Of a stretch of 64,000 bases of DNA, positions 1-13,075 are shown one piece after another (the first letter of the stretch is position 1; the number at the start of each line of letters is the position of its first letter). This stretch comes from Octopus sinensis. Its lineage: Eukaryota. The notes beneath the pieces are model-generated. The model saw only the letters and a program-made list of their open reading frames with translations, made no database searches and was not told the origin of the DNA. Position numbers and translations under genes: made by a program. The DNA lies in the NCBI RefSeq assembly GCF_006345805.1, contig NC_043002.1:2108001-2172000 (forward strand), read 5' to 3'.

Positions 1-175
1 TTTAGATCTTTTTCAACTCAGGCCTGGGTCTAGGTTTCTAATCACAGACGGAGGTGATTGTAGTTTCTATGGATATAAACAGTTCCTTTATTGGGCTTTC
101 CGTAAGTGTGGCATTTACCCGCTCTCAAGTTTGCGATGATATCTAAGAGTTTAAATTGGCCAAATTGGAGATAAA
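1..175 (-). mobile_element. Penelope-like element RT C-terminal (thumb) remnant
   Basis: Minus-strand translation KLLDIIANLRAGKCHTYGKPNKGTVYIHRNYNHL resembles the PLE motif FLDVTxxLxxGxYxPYRKPNxxxxYIHxxSNHP (recognised by eye). Confidence 0.55.
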
Positions 176-237
176 GAGGCATTAGCGAAGAAGTACATTC
201 AACAAGAAATTAGTATATATATACATACATATATACA

Positions 238-273
<36 letters not shown>

Positions 274-301
274 TATGTATATATATATGTGTGTGTGTGT
301 G

Positions 302-354
<53 letters not shown>

Positions 355-398
355 TATATATATGTATAAATAAATATATATATATATATATGTATAAG

Positions 399-497
399 TT
401 CCTTGTTTTCCTTATGAGAAAGTGGCATAATGTACTCCTTATTCCTTCGCAATTAGGAATATGCAACCTTCGAAACATATGTCGAAAATAAAGGAAT
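399..497 (+). ncRNA. Degenerate type I hammerhead ribozyme (same family as 32.5-32.8 kb), between (TA)n tracts
   Basis: About 85-90% similar to 32729-32827. Core CTTATGA at 411-417 (G5 mutated), GAAA 472-475, palindromic stem III ACATATGT, GTC site 481-483, stem I TTTTC/GAAAA and TTCCTT/AAGGAA. Confidence 0.7.
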
Positions 498-545
498 TTT
501 GTTAATTCGTCGTTCAACTCCATTCTTTCATATATTTTTAAAAAA

Positions 546-608
<63 letters not shown>

Positions 609-610
609 TA

Positions 611-644
<34 letters not shown>

Positions 645-983
645 AAGTAACAAACTAAAGAAAGAACTACCTTCAAAGGAGTATGTAAAACATCCGAGTC
701 ACTTGTGCGCCAATTGAATCCCACATAAATCTGGATATAATGCAAATTACAAACAATAAATTAAATAGAGATACAATTGACAATCCAATAATTCATTTAT
801 ATTATAGTTTAACATAATATACTATGAATATGATATAATATATGAAAACATAAACAATCGTTATGCCACCCTACCATGTGTGGTAGGGTGGCATTCGATG
901 AGATGAACATATATTTCTGGCCTACCAAACTTTAAGTCAAGTGGAGTTGAGTTAAACTGTTATTATATGTATACCCATACATA

Positions 984-1036
984 CATATCGATAGATAAAT
1001 AGATAGATAGACAGACAGACAGACAGATAGACAGAC

Positions 1037-1088
<52 letters not shown>

Positions 1089-1096
1089 TAGATAGC

Positions 1097-1181
<85 letters not shown>

Positions 1182-1212
1182 TGATTGATAGATAGGTAGG
1201 TAGATAGATAGA
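984..1212. repeat. (GATA)n/(GACA)n compound tetranucleotide microsatellite
   Basis: Direct reading. Confidence 0.95.
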
Positions 1213-2184
1213 TTTAGTTTGATACAGAATATAAACAGCGTTTAATCATTTATAAATTATCGTAAATATATTCTTGTATTGTGAACATTTTGAAAACGGA
1301 TATGATCCTATAAAAATTAACCGGCAAAATTGTCATTTTATGCAAGCCTGACTCGGTTATTTTTCATACAATTCTTTCGCAATATATTGCATTTTTCTCT
1401 GTTTATTGAATATGTAGAACCTGAAATTACTTAGTAAAATGTGAAAGAAATTCCAAATACAGTTTTCTTTCATGACAGTAACAATATAATCGTTACAACG
1501 TAAAATTATTTTTTGGAAATATGTTCACACTATGAAACATACAATGGAAAAACGCTGAAACCTAAAGAAGGTTTCATCTAAGATGGCGTCTCTTTCAAAG
1601 GAACCAGGCTATTTTCGTCTACAATTCTTTGTTATTATTTGAAAGCTTAAATATATATCCGTTGGTTTTATAAATTTATTTTGGTAATTTTACAAATATA
1701 TTTGTGTATTACAAATTCGTTCCACATCGAAATTATATATAGAAAGTAAAAAAAGAACTGGCAATATTTCTTTCGGAAACTTCCATGAAAATGGATAACA
1801 TGAAAAGAAAATGTCCAGAATATTTTTCTTCTCCCTTCCTCAACCAATCATACAAATAAGAAATTTTTTTCATCTTGCGTATTTTATTTACTATTTTACA
1901 ATTTTCTAAACGAAAATTTGATTGTGGATGATTTTCTTTCAGTCAGTCGTTGAATTACAGTTAGTTTGTTCTGAAGACTAAACTCCAATTAGATAATATC
2001 AACACAAATAAAACGTGTCAAAGACGAAAAAAAATATATCAGTAAGATTTTTTAGTTTTTTTCGGAAAATAAAATACTTTCACAATACAGTTAGATTTAT
2101 GTGCGTTTGCATGTGTACATCTGTGTGCATACGTACGTTTGCACACTAGCGCACACTCACACACACACACACGCGCGCGCGCGC

Positions 2185-2225
<41 letters not shown>

Positions 2226-2514
2226 TACATGAGGTTTTAATACGTTTCTTGCAAGTAGTTTAAATATATGTACGTATGCATTCACACACATCTAAAAGTA
2301 AATTGTGCGTATATATGAATGTATTCATGTATCTTGCAATTTGCATATATATAAAGAGGTATATATATATATTATATATATATATATTTTATATTTTATA
2401 TGAGTGTGTATATATATATGTATATACTATATATATTTATATTTATATATGTGTGTATATATATATATATTATATATATATATGTATGTATATATAATAT
2501 ATATATGTATATAT

Positions 2515-2581
<67 letters not shown>

Positions 2582-2728
2582 TATATTATATATATATATA
2601 TATTTGCGGTGGCGGGCGTCTGGATTTGTGGAGGAGATGTAAATCTTAGTATGTGTGTCAGTTGGCGTTATCAGTGTGTTGAATGCAACTGTGGATTTGT
2701 TTTAGATTGTTTTTTTTCTTGTATGTGT

Positions 2729-2772
<44 letters not shown>

Positions 2773-3931
2773 TGAGTGTGTGTGTTTATGTGATTTCAGT
2801 TGCTCGAGTTGATTAGAACAAAGATAAGTTTTCGAATTCTCTTCCACCCCCACCCACCTCATATCTCTCTCCTCCACCCCACCCCCGTCTCCCTCTTTCT
2901 TCCTCCACCCCTACCCCTGTCTCTCTCTCTTTCTCTCTATCTCTCTTCCCTACAGCCCAGTCTCTCTCTCCCGCATCTCAGCACCACCCCCACCATCTCT
3001 CTTCAACACAAACCAATACACTTTTCAGAGACTATTGATCAGTTGTGTGTTGTATTTGCATTCTTCATATTTTCCAATTCTTCTTTATGTCTGTCATTCT
3101 TCTGCTTCTATGATTTAGAAATATTGACAATGCAAAAAAGTTTCGGTTTTTCGAAACGCGAATCAGAAAAAGTTGGAAGATATGTTCTTGAAATGGAAAG
3201 CAAGTCGGAGATATTTTCTGCATTAAAAGACACGAAGGAGAACGATTGATTTTATCGATTCCGAGTAAACATAGTGTATCGCATATAGAACAATATAGAT
3301 TCGGTTTAGATATTCTTCACAACAACATAGAGTGAGTGTTTGTGTTTCTTTCTTTAAAGAAATACATCAGGAACGTCATGTGTGGATTTTTATATGTGTG
3401 TTTCCGTAGATAAGAATGTGTGTAGATGGTTGTAGAAAAGAGGTGTGTGTGTGTGTGTGTGTGGATATAGATGCAACAACACAAAGCGTGTACGTGTTTG
3501 TGTAAGAGAATGTATTTATAAGAGAGAAAAAAAATTGTGTCAAATGTTGCGCTTGTTTATTTAAATGTCATTTCATTTCTGCGTCTGATTATGTTTTGAG
3601 CGTGAAAAATGAAGAACATTTTGATATGTTAAGATGTGTTTCTGAGTGTGTTTTTGGTTGTGTGAACGCGTGTGAGCACTGTTGCATTTCAGTACTTAAG
3701 ATAACAGCTTCTATTTTAGGCATTGTTTTAATTGGAAATATTCTGTTTCACGTTAAAGCTTTAAAGCTTCGAAATTGGTTTGTTTTGATGTTTTTGATTC
3801 TCGTTGATTCAGCCATTAAATGTTCGCTTTCGTGAGTAGTGGCAAGAGGAAGTAATTACGGCAGTCTCTTCATTTCGAAATGAAGTCGTTCAGTCAATCT
3901 TTGAATAAAATTACAATACAATGACTACTAC

Positions 3932-4010
<79 letters not shown>

Positions 4011-4011
<1 letters not shown>

Positions 4012-6454
4012 TTATTGGACCAATAATGTTATTGGACCCCCATAACAACTGAAGAGGTCACCCAGGCACTGCAAAGACTAAGCAACTGGAAGGCACCTGG
4101 GCATGACAAGATCCCCAACTTCTGGTTGAAATATCTAACAGGAATGCACAAAAAGCTGGCTGAAAACTTTAACAACGTACTAGCAGAGCCAGAGACAATG
4201 CCTGAATGGCTCACGAAGGGGAAAACCATCTTAATTCCCAAATCAAATGAAACAGAAAAACCAGAAAACTACAGACCAATAACCTGCCTCCCTACTATGT
4301 TCAAGGCATTTACTGCAGTGATATCACAAAGGCTGAACAAGCACCTGGACGAAAGCAAACTGTTCCCAGAAGAGCAGAAAGGATGCCGCAAAGGCTCATA
4401 TGGCTGTAAAGATCAACTAATGATTAATAAAGCCGTAACTGAAGACAGCCACAGAAAGAAGAAAGGCCTCAGTATGGCCTGGATTGACTACAAAAAGGCG
4501 TTTGATAGCATCCCCCACACATGGATCCTCGAAACACTAGCCATTAACAAAGTAGCACCAACAATCATAAAATTCATAGAGCACTCTATGAATAAATGGC
4601 AAACAGTCCTACACCTCCAAACAAAAGAGGGACTCATGAAAACCAAAGACAACCCCATTAGAAGAGGAATATTCCAGGGAGACACGCTCTCTCCACTCCT
4701 TTTCTGCTTGGCACTGTCACCTCTATCTGATATGCTAAATAGAACTGGATGCGGATATAAATGTTACGGCAAAACGATCAGCCACCTTTTATATATGGAT
4801 GACGTAAAACTATACGCTGCAAATGACAAACAGCTGGAAACACTATTAAAGACAGTTCATGGATTTACCAAAGAAATAGATATGAAATTTGGATTAGAAA
4901 AATGCGCCAAAGTAACCATGAAAAGAGGAAAACTAGTTAAGAGTAACAACATCACACTAGATGAAGCAAATGAAATAAAAGAATTAGACCAAAGCCAAAC
5001 TTACAAATACTTAGGAATCCATGAACTAGATAAGACACAACACACACAAATGAAAGAGAAAATAAAAAAAGAATATTATAGACGAGTTAGATCAATACTA
5101 AACACAGAGCTCAATGCTAAAAACAAGATAATAGGTATCAACACTTTAGCTGTCCCAGTTATAAGTTACAGCTACAATATCCTTAACTGGACACGAAATG
5201 AACTGACCAAAATAGACAGGAAAACAAGAAAAATAATGACAGGATCTAGGATGCATAACCCAAAATCTGACATAGAAAGACTATATATACAACGTATAGA
5301 AGGTGGTAGAGGCCTTATACAGCTGGAAAACTACTATAAAATAACCACCATAGGACTGCAAAAATATTTACTTCAGAAGGAAGGAAAACTGATCCAGATA
5401 GCGGCAAAACACGAGCAAAAGAAAAAACTGTTCTCAGTATTTAAGGAAGCTGACAAATACAAACAAGAAATCATACCACCTAATAAACATGAAGAAGAAG
5501 AAGAAGAAGATGAAGAAACAACAAAAGCTATAAAAAAAATGAAATCCAAACTAAAAATAGAACAGCAACGAACCATGATAAAACGATGGCAAGAAAAGCC
5601 CCTTCATGGTAAATACTGCACTAAACCAAACGCAAAAGAAATAGACAAAGAAAAATCCCAGCAATGGTTGAGAAGCTCAGGACTCAAAGCAGAAACAGAG
5701 GGATTTTTAATTGCAGCACAAGACCAAAGCCTCCCCACCAGAAATTACCAAAAACATGTAATGAAAAGAAATATTACAAGTAACTGCAGAATATGTGGAG
5801 ATGGACAAGAAACAATAAATCATATTATCTCTAGCTGCCCAGTCCTGGCTAAGAAGGAATATATTCACAGACACGACAGAGTTGGAACTTACATACATTG
5901 GAAGCTATGCCAACATTATGGAATAACAACAGAAAAAAGATGGTATAGGCACACACCAGAAAAGGTCACATAAAACGAGAAAGCAACCATACTCTGGGAT
6001 ATGCCGATACACACAGATAGAGAAATTAAGGCCAACAGACCAGATATAGTTGTCAGAGATCATGAAGAAAAAAAATGCTTTCTAATTGATGTATCAATAC
6101 CGGCAGATGACAACGTGTCTCTAAAAGAAATGGAGAAACTCTCAAAATACAAAGACCTGGAAATAGAGGTAACTAGAATGTGGAATCTGAAAACAGAAAC
6201 AATTCCTATCATAGTAGGTGCATTAGGCATGATAAAAAAATATTCAGACAAATACATAACAAAAACACCAGGACTTACAAACACATATAACATACAGAAA
6301 ATTGCACTACTAGGCACTGCACACATCCTACGCAGAACACTTTCCATACAATAACCATCAGAGCATCACAACAAATCACAGCACATACCCAAGGCACACA
6401 GAGCTGCGCTCGGTAGTGAAGTGAAAGCACGCTATAAAAATAAAAATAAAACTA

Positions 6455-6457
<3 letters not shown>
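4011..6457 (+). mobile_element. R4/Dong-clade non-LTR retrotransposon (RT + CCHC + restriction-like endonuclease), 5'-truncated, family a
   Basis: RT motifs NYRPITCL, WIDYKKAFDSIPH, GIFQGDTLSPLLF, YMDD; zinc knuckle CRICGDGQETINHIISSC; RLE motif RPDIVVRD...LIDVSIP...EKLSKYKDL; flanked by (TAA)n on both sides, the known Dong target. Confidence 0.93.
4030..6354 (+). pseudogene. R4 LINE ORF (RT-RLE) interrupted by one premature TAA at 5971-5973
   Basis: ORFs 4126-5973 and 6001-6354 are in the same frame; the sister copy has GAA at the equivalent codon (30247-30249); the frame is open upstream to about 4030. Confidence 0.88.
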
Positions 6458-6494
<37 letters not shown>

Positions 6495-6796
6495 TAAAGA
6501 AGAAGAACAATAATAATATTAATAATTATAAGAAGAAGAGGAAGAAGAAGGACAACAACAACAACAACAATAATAATAATAATAATAATAATAATTATAA
6601 TAATAATGATAATAATAATAATAATGCATTTTGCAATTGCAATATATGAATGCAAAAGCGAGACGTAAAATATTTCTGAATATTATTTCGAAACTTGGAT
6701 ACAAACATCGAAAATAGAAATTTAAATAAATAGCATTCGTAGAAGATTTATAAATAACCTGAAATGGTTTTCGTATTGCACAAGAAGAATGATTGT

Positions 6797-6940
6797 GACG
6801 GCCAAGAAACTGTCTTGCGCTATTCATCTAGATCTTTACGTTCTGAGTTCAAATATCAATGAGATTAGCTTCTCTTTTCATTTTCTCTGTGTCAAGAATA
6901 AAAGATACCAGTCGCGTATTGGTGTCTATGCAATCAGCTA
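6797..6940 (+). mobile_element. tRNA-derived SINE family D, degenerate
   Basis: TTTACGTTCTGAGTTCAAAT B-box region; similar to copies at 20.5, 47.6, 48.0 and 60.0 kb. Confidence 0.5.
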
Positions 6941-7004
6941 ACGACCCCCATCTTTCTGCTTACGTTAAAAATGGCATTAATAGTCGATAACCGTTAACGT
7001 CGAT

Positions 7005-7410
7005 AACTTCGATACGTTTCATCAAAGGTTGGCCCGGACCATGTCTAACTTAATAGCACCACCTGACATGACCTGCTTGATAATTTTTAAGGCACGTTTT
7101 GTGGTATCATCGCCCATTTAAATAGGGTCTTTTTTGTTGTTTTTTTGCTGAGTGCGATGTATCCGGGTACAGGCGATTTATCTGGAACGTTTGTCCAGGC
7201 TCGTTTGGAAGTGATGCAACCTTTTTCTGCTTCGATTTGTTTTTCGGCAATGTTAAGTAAAGCAGGGAATGATGCGGAAAAGAAAGTGTATTGCAGAGAA
7301 TTTGTGTATTAGAAATCTGAATTGTGTAGGGGGCGCATGGCAGGTGGTCCCATCCTTGGATTAATTCTGAATCCGATTTTTAAGGTGGTTTTGGCAATGC
7401 TAGTGGTAAT
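7005..7410 (-). mobile_element. CR1/L2-like LINE 3' end (same family as 8655-9250)
   Basis: Reverse complement shares the tail AGGTGGTGCTATTAAGTTAGACATGG...GAAAC with 9175-9225. Confidence 0.65.
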
Positions 7411-8602
7411 TTCTCCATAATTTTCTTATCAACCCAAAGATATATTTCAATATTTATTAGATTTTACTTCTGTTCTGCAGATATAAAACTCATAATTCAG
7501 AGAAATAGATATTGCGTTGTATCAGCAGCACACTTATTCCAAAAGCAAACTGTAATTTAAGAACAAAATAATGAATACATTTTTAAAAAGAAATTTGTAA
7601 TATTTTATCTTTAAAAGATCACCGTTTGCTTTCCACTTTCCTCTCTATAATCTAAAATATTAATACTACTGTAATGATGATATCGTATTTATTAACTTTT
7701 CTAATACTCTCAAGTATTGTCGGTTATAGATTGGATTTCGGAGATATCAAAGTCGTTTCTAACAGAACTTAGTATTGTCATTGATCGAGACAAGATGTCT
7801 TTTACCGATTCCTAAAACAACGCTTTCTCTCTATTTACCTTCTCAGAATTATGATGAGCTCGAAGAAAACAGAGAAGTGTTGAGGTATTTACAGCTGCAT
7901 GTTGTATGAAGATAAGGTTGAAGGTGGTAGTAATTCATTATCATGTTACTCGCAATTAGCGTTAATTTTTCAAGCAATTCTATAATTATTTCTTGTATTC
8001 TATCTGAAATTGAAACGTTACAGAAAATTTGGAAAATGTTTGCGATGTAATATACGGACCCATAGTTTATGGGTGTAGCACTGTTGATCAACTTTAGCCT
8101 TGAATAAAAGACTCGGTGATAATTTTGCAGACATAATGATGTCCCTTATCAATAGTGACTTGTTGTTTGCAAGTTTCGTCCGTACTCATATTTCAGAAGT
8201 GTTTCAAAACGTCTTCGAAATGCCACTAAAAGCAAAAATTCGATCTAAAAGGAACATTCACTGCAGTTACCATGACGAAAGAAATTCATGCTTATGGTAA
8301 GAGGTCTAAAAACACTGATATCTGCTCAGTGTCACCCCTAGCGGACTCCTATGCGAGTTTCTGACTCCTTAGCCTTCCTCGTTATGAGATGTCGAAGAGA
8401 GAGACAACCTTGAACTGGTTCTAAAACAGCAGCCTTATTTTTGAACAGTGAATATCAGTGACTGAATGGCACGTACGGACCGCTGTGATGAAAGGCATAA
8501 GGAGCCAGAAACGCAGTAACTAAAGTGAGTTTGCCTTTAGAATTTCAGATATGTCACGAACTAACCTACAGTTCGTTGCTTCCTCATCGCGGGCACTACT
8601 GC

Positions 8603-8638
<36 letters not shown>

Positions 8639-8654
8639 CCTGTGGTCTCCTCAC

Positions 8655-9250
8655 ACAAGAAAAAACATCTCCAGAATTGAGTCACCCCAGAGGGCTCTCA
8701 CTAAACAAATTGAAGGCATGGCTGCTCTCGACTATTGGGATCGCTTAAAGCTTGAACTTTACTCCCTCCAGCGTCGCCGTGAGCGGTACATCATTTGTAC
8801 GATGTGGAAAATTACCGCCAACTTTGCCCAAACGACCTAACATTAGCTTCAAGGTTCATCCGAGACTGGACACGGGCTATACGTCCCCTGCCAAATTCAA
8901 GATCACAACATACATGTACACTGCAACATAATTTCTTTTCCTCAACAGGCCTGCCCTATTTAACATTGTCCCGAGGGAGATCAAAGAGGAAAGGATCCCA
9001 TCAACTTCAAACAGAGTCTGGATAGATCCTTCAAGAATACCAGACAAGCCCCCATAATTGGATACAACTCACCCAACAAGAACTCACTACTTGAACAAAA
9101 CTGGATACAACTCACCCAACAAGAACTCACTACTTGAACAAAACTTGACTTAACAGGATTCGAATAATCCTATCAGGTGGTGCTATTAAGTTAGACATGG
9201 CCTGGACCAATCTCTGGTCGAAACATATCTAAGTTTTATCTAAGTTTTAT
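8655..9250 (+). mobile_element. CR1/L2-like LINE 3' end
   Basis: Frameshifted TKQIEGMAALDYWDRLK..LYSLQRRRERY, typical of the CR1-group ORF2 C-terminus; 3' UTR ends in a short ATCTAAGTTTT repeat. Confidence 0.7.
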
Positions 9251-9302
9251 ATATATATATAGTAAATGAAAGACAGATGGAATATACGAGAATATATAAT
9301 GA

Positions 9303-9408
9303 ATCACGACAATTGTTTCGACACATCTAGCATCGATTCCTCTTGGGTGGGACACCCAACAACTGGTTCAGGAGCATCCGGTGGTGCAGATGTGTCTCGT
9401 CGGGTGAT
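9303..9408 (-). ncRNA. Type I hammerhead ribozyme of PLE type (second family; core variant CCGACGA)
   Basis: On the minus strand: stem I ATCAC/GTGAT, core CCGACGA, 9-bp stem II GACACATCT/AGATGTGTC, GAAA, palindromic stem III ACAATTGT, GTC cleavage triplet. Confidence 0.75.
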
Positions 9409-9606
9409 GAATAAGTACAACTCGTTAATATGACTGTTCCGCAATGAAACTTTCCGTTTTGTAGAGAGAAAAGCAGCCAGACGGAGGAAATGTCTTCATT
9501 TATATGGAAGATCAAAAATAAAATCACAAATGACAAAAAGAGAAATTTCGAACCTGGGTTCTCATTCCTAATGTATTTTTCGGTGTTGTTGTTGTTGTTG
9601 TTGTAA

Positions 9607-9655
<49 letters not shown>

Positions 9656-9657
<2 letters not shown>

Positions 9658-10362
9658 TATGTTTGACTTTTGCTTTATATTTGTACAAGTTGGCTCCAAG
9701 TCTCACCCAGAGACCTCAAGAGACAACAGGGTTGGAAGTTCATGTTGTTGTTATGCCTAGTGTGCCATATATTTGGGGGTGGGGATGTTGTACTAATGAA
9801 TGTCTAAAAAAAAAAGTTTTTTTTTTTTTTTTTTTTTTAAACCGAAAATTATGGTTGTTTTAAACCTTGAGGTTACATAGAGAGTATTTTGCGTAGGATA
9901 TGAGCAGTTCCCATGAGCACTATCTTTTGAACTTCTGCCATTTTTGGTTTCCTGGTATCTGAGTTAGGTAGCTATCAGCCCCTTTTGCTATCATTCCCAG
10001 GGCACCTATGACAACAGGTATTGTTTTAGTCTTCAGCTTCCACATTTTGCTGATTTTATTTCAAGATCTTTATATTTGCTCAGTTTTTGGTAGGTCCTGA
10101 CAGATACGTTTATATCGATTGGGACAGTCATATCAATGAGGAGGCATGTTCTTTGTTTGAAGTCTTTCATTATGATGTCTGGCCTATTTGCATCTATCTT
10201 CCTGTCAGTTTGAATGGTGAAGTTCCAGAGGAGTGAGATGTGGTCATTTTCAAGCACTGGGGGTGGTTTGTGTTCCCACCAGTTTTTTTTCATGGGGCAA
10301 ATCCAGGTTTTTACAGATTACCCAGTGAATATATTGTGCAGCTCTATCGTGCCTGTTGAGAT
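9656..10362 (-). mobile_element. R4/Dong LINE 3' fragment, family c
   Basis: YLNRHDRAAQYIHWVICK...WWEHKP...LWNFTIQTDRKIDANRPDII...LIDMTVP...KLSKYKDLEI; (TTA)n on both sides. Confidence 0.85.
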
Positions 10363-10366
10363 ATTA

Positions 10367-10403
<37 letters not shown>

Positions 10404-10554
10404 CATTACAATTATCATCATCATCATCATTGTTATTGTACAGGCCACTGTTTGGAATCGAACTCGGATAATATTCTCATAAGATAAGAATTTAGAGGTA
10501 CATTCCGTTGGATAATTCTGGATATATTAACTTAACCATATAGGTTTCCTGATG

Positions 10555-11239
<685 letters not shown>

Positions 11240-11243
<4 letters not shown>

Positions 11244-12363
11244 AATTAGAGCTGTGCTATAAGACCTCCACTGTAGGAATGAACAGGTACCTAACTAGTA
11301 CAAAGGACTGGATGCTGCGACTTGTGTGCGTATACGAAAGCAGCAAAAAGCTGCATTCTATTGTCAAGGAAGTTTATAAGTTCGAAAGGGAACTAGACAT
11401 TAACCTTGAATCAGATGAAGAGCCGGAAACCACTGCTACCAAGCAAGCAAAGCGAATCAAGCAGACTTCAAAAAAGAACGGGCAGAATCAAATTGAGAGG
11501 CGGTGGAGCCAGAAGCCCCTGCATGGACAATATATTCTCTGAAGCCAAAATGCTGATGTAGACCAAACAACAACCCATCAGTGGCTGAAGAGTTCAGGAT
11601 TGAAAGCAGAGACTGAAGGCTTCATACTGGCAGCACAAGATCAAAGCTTGTTTACCAGAAATTACCAAGCTAACGTTCTCCGAAACGGTACTGACCCTAA
11701 ATGCAGATTCTGCGACACATTTGACGAAACAATAGACCATCTCGTTTCGGGATGTCCTGTGCTGACACCAAACAAATACAAAAATCGCTACGATAGGGTA
11801 GGACAGTATATACATTGGAAGATATGTAAACACTACAAATTCGGCACTCCTGCTTACAGGTATGAATACCATCCTCAGCCAGTTGTTGAAGGTAAAAATG
11901 TCACCATCCTCTGGGATTTTCCAGTCAACACTGACAGAACGATGAAGGCTAATCGACCAGACATAATTGTTAAAGACAGGGAAGAAAATACCTGCAGACT
12001 AATAGAGGTAAGCGTCCCCACTGATAAAAATATATCTGTAAAGGAATTTGACAAACTTAGTAAATATAAGGACCTGGAAATCGAAATACAAAAGATGTGG
12101 AATCTTAAAACAAAAACTGTTCCTGTTATTGTAGGTGCCCTAGGTATGATAAAAAAAGGGATGTCAGAAACACCTAGACAATATCCCTGGAGAACCATGT
12201 CTCAAGGAAATCCAAAAGATTTGGCTAACAAGTACTGCCCACATCCTTAGAAAAACCCTATCAATGTAAATATATTTCAACAACTCTTAACCTTCCCTTG
12301 CTCTAGGGCGCTGGGTGTGCCCCGGCAAGTGATTGCATCAAACATGCAGATTAAAAGTAAATG
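11240..12363 (+). mobile_element. R4/Dong LINE 3' fragment, family b
   Basis: KPLHGQY, WLKSSGLKAETEGFILAAQDQ, CRFCDTFDETIDHLVSGC, NRPDIIVKD, KLSKYKDLEIE; stop at 11540-11542; (TAA)n flanks. Confidence 0.9.

Positions 12364-13075
<712 letters not shown>

Noticed and set aside
8340-8525. Two inverted, similar motifs (AAGGC.TAAGGAG.CAGAAAC) resembling outward-facing hammerheads
   Set aside because: Neither has a CUGANGA core or convincing stems I and III; too degraded to call.
9059-9144. 43-bp repeat (and the 28-bp repeat at 47202) as a CRISPR array
   Set aside because: Adjacent tandem units with no spacers, eukaryotic context and no cas genes.
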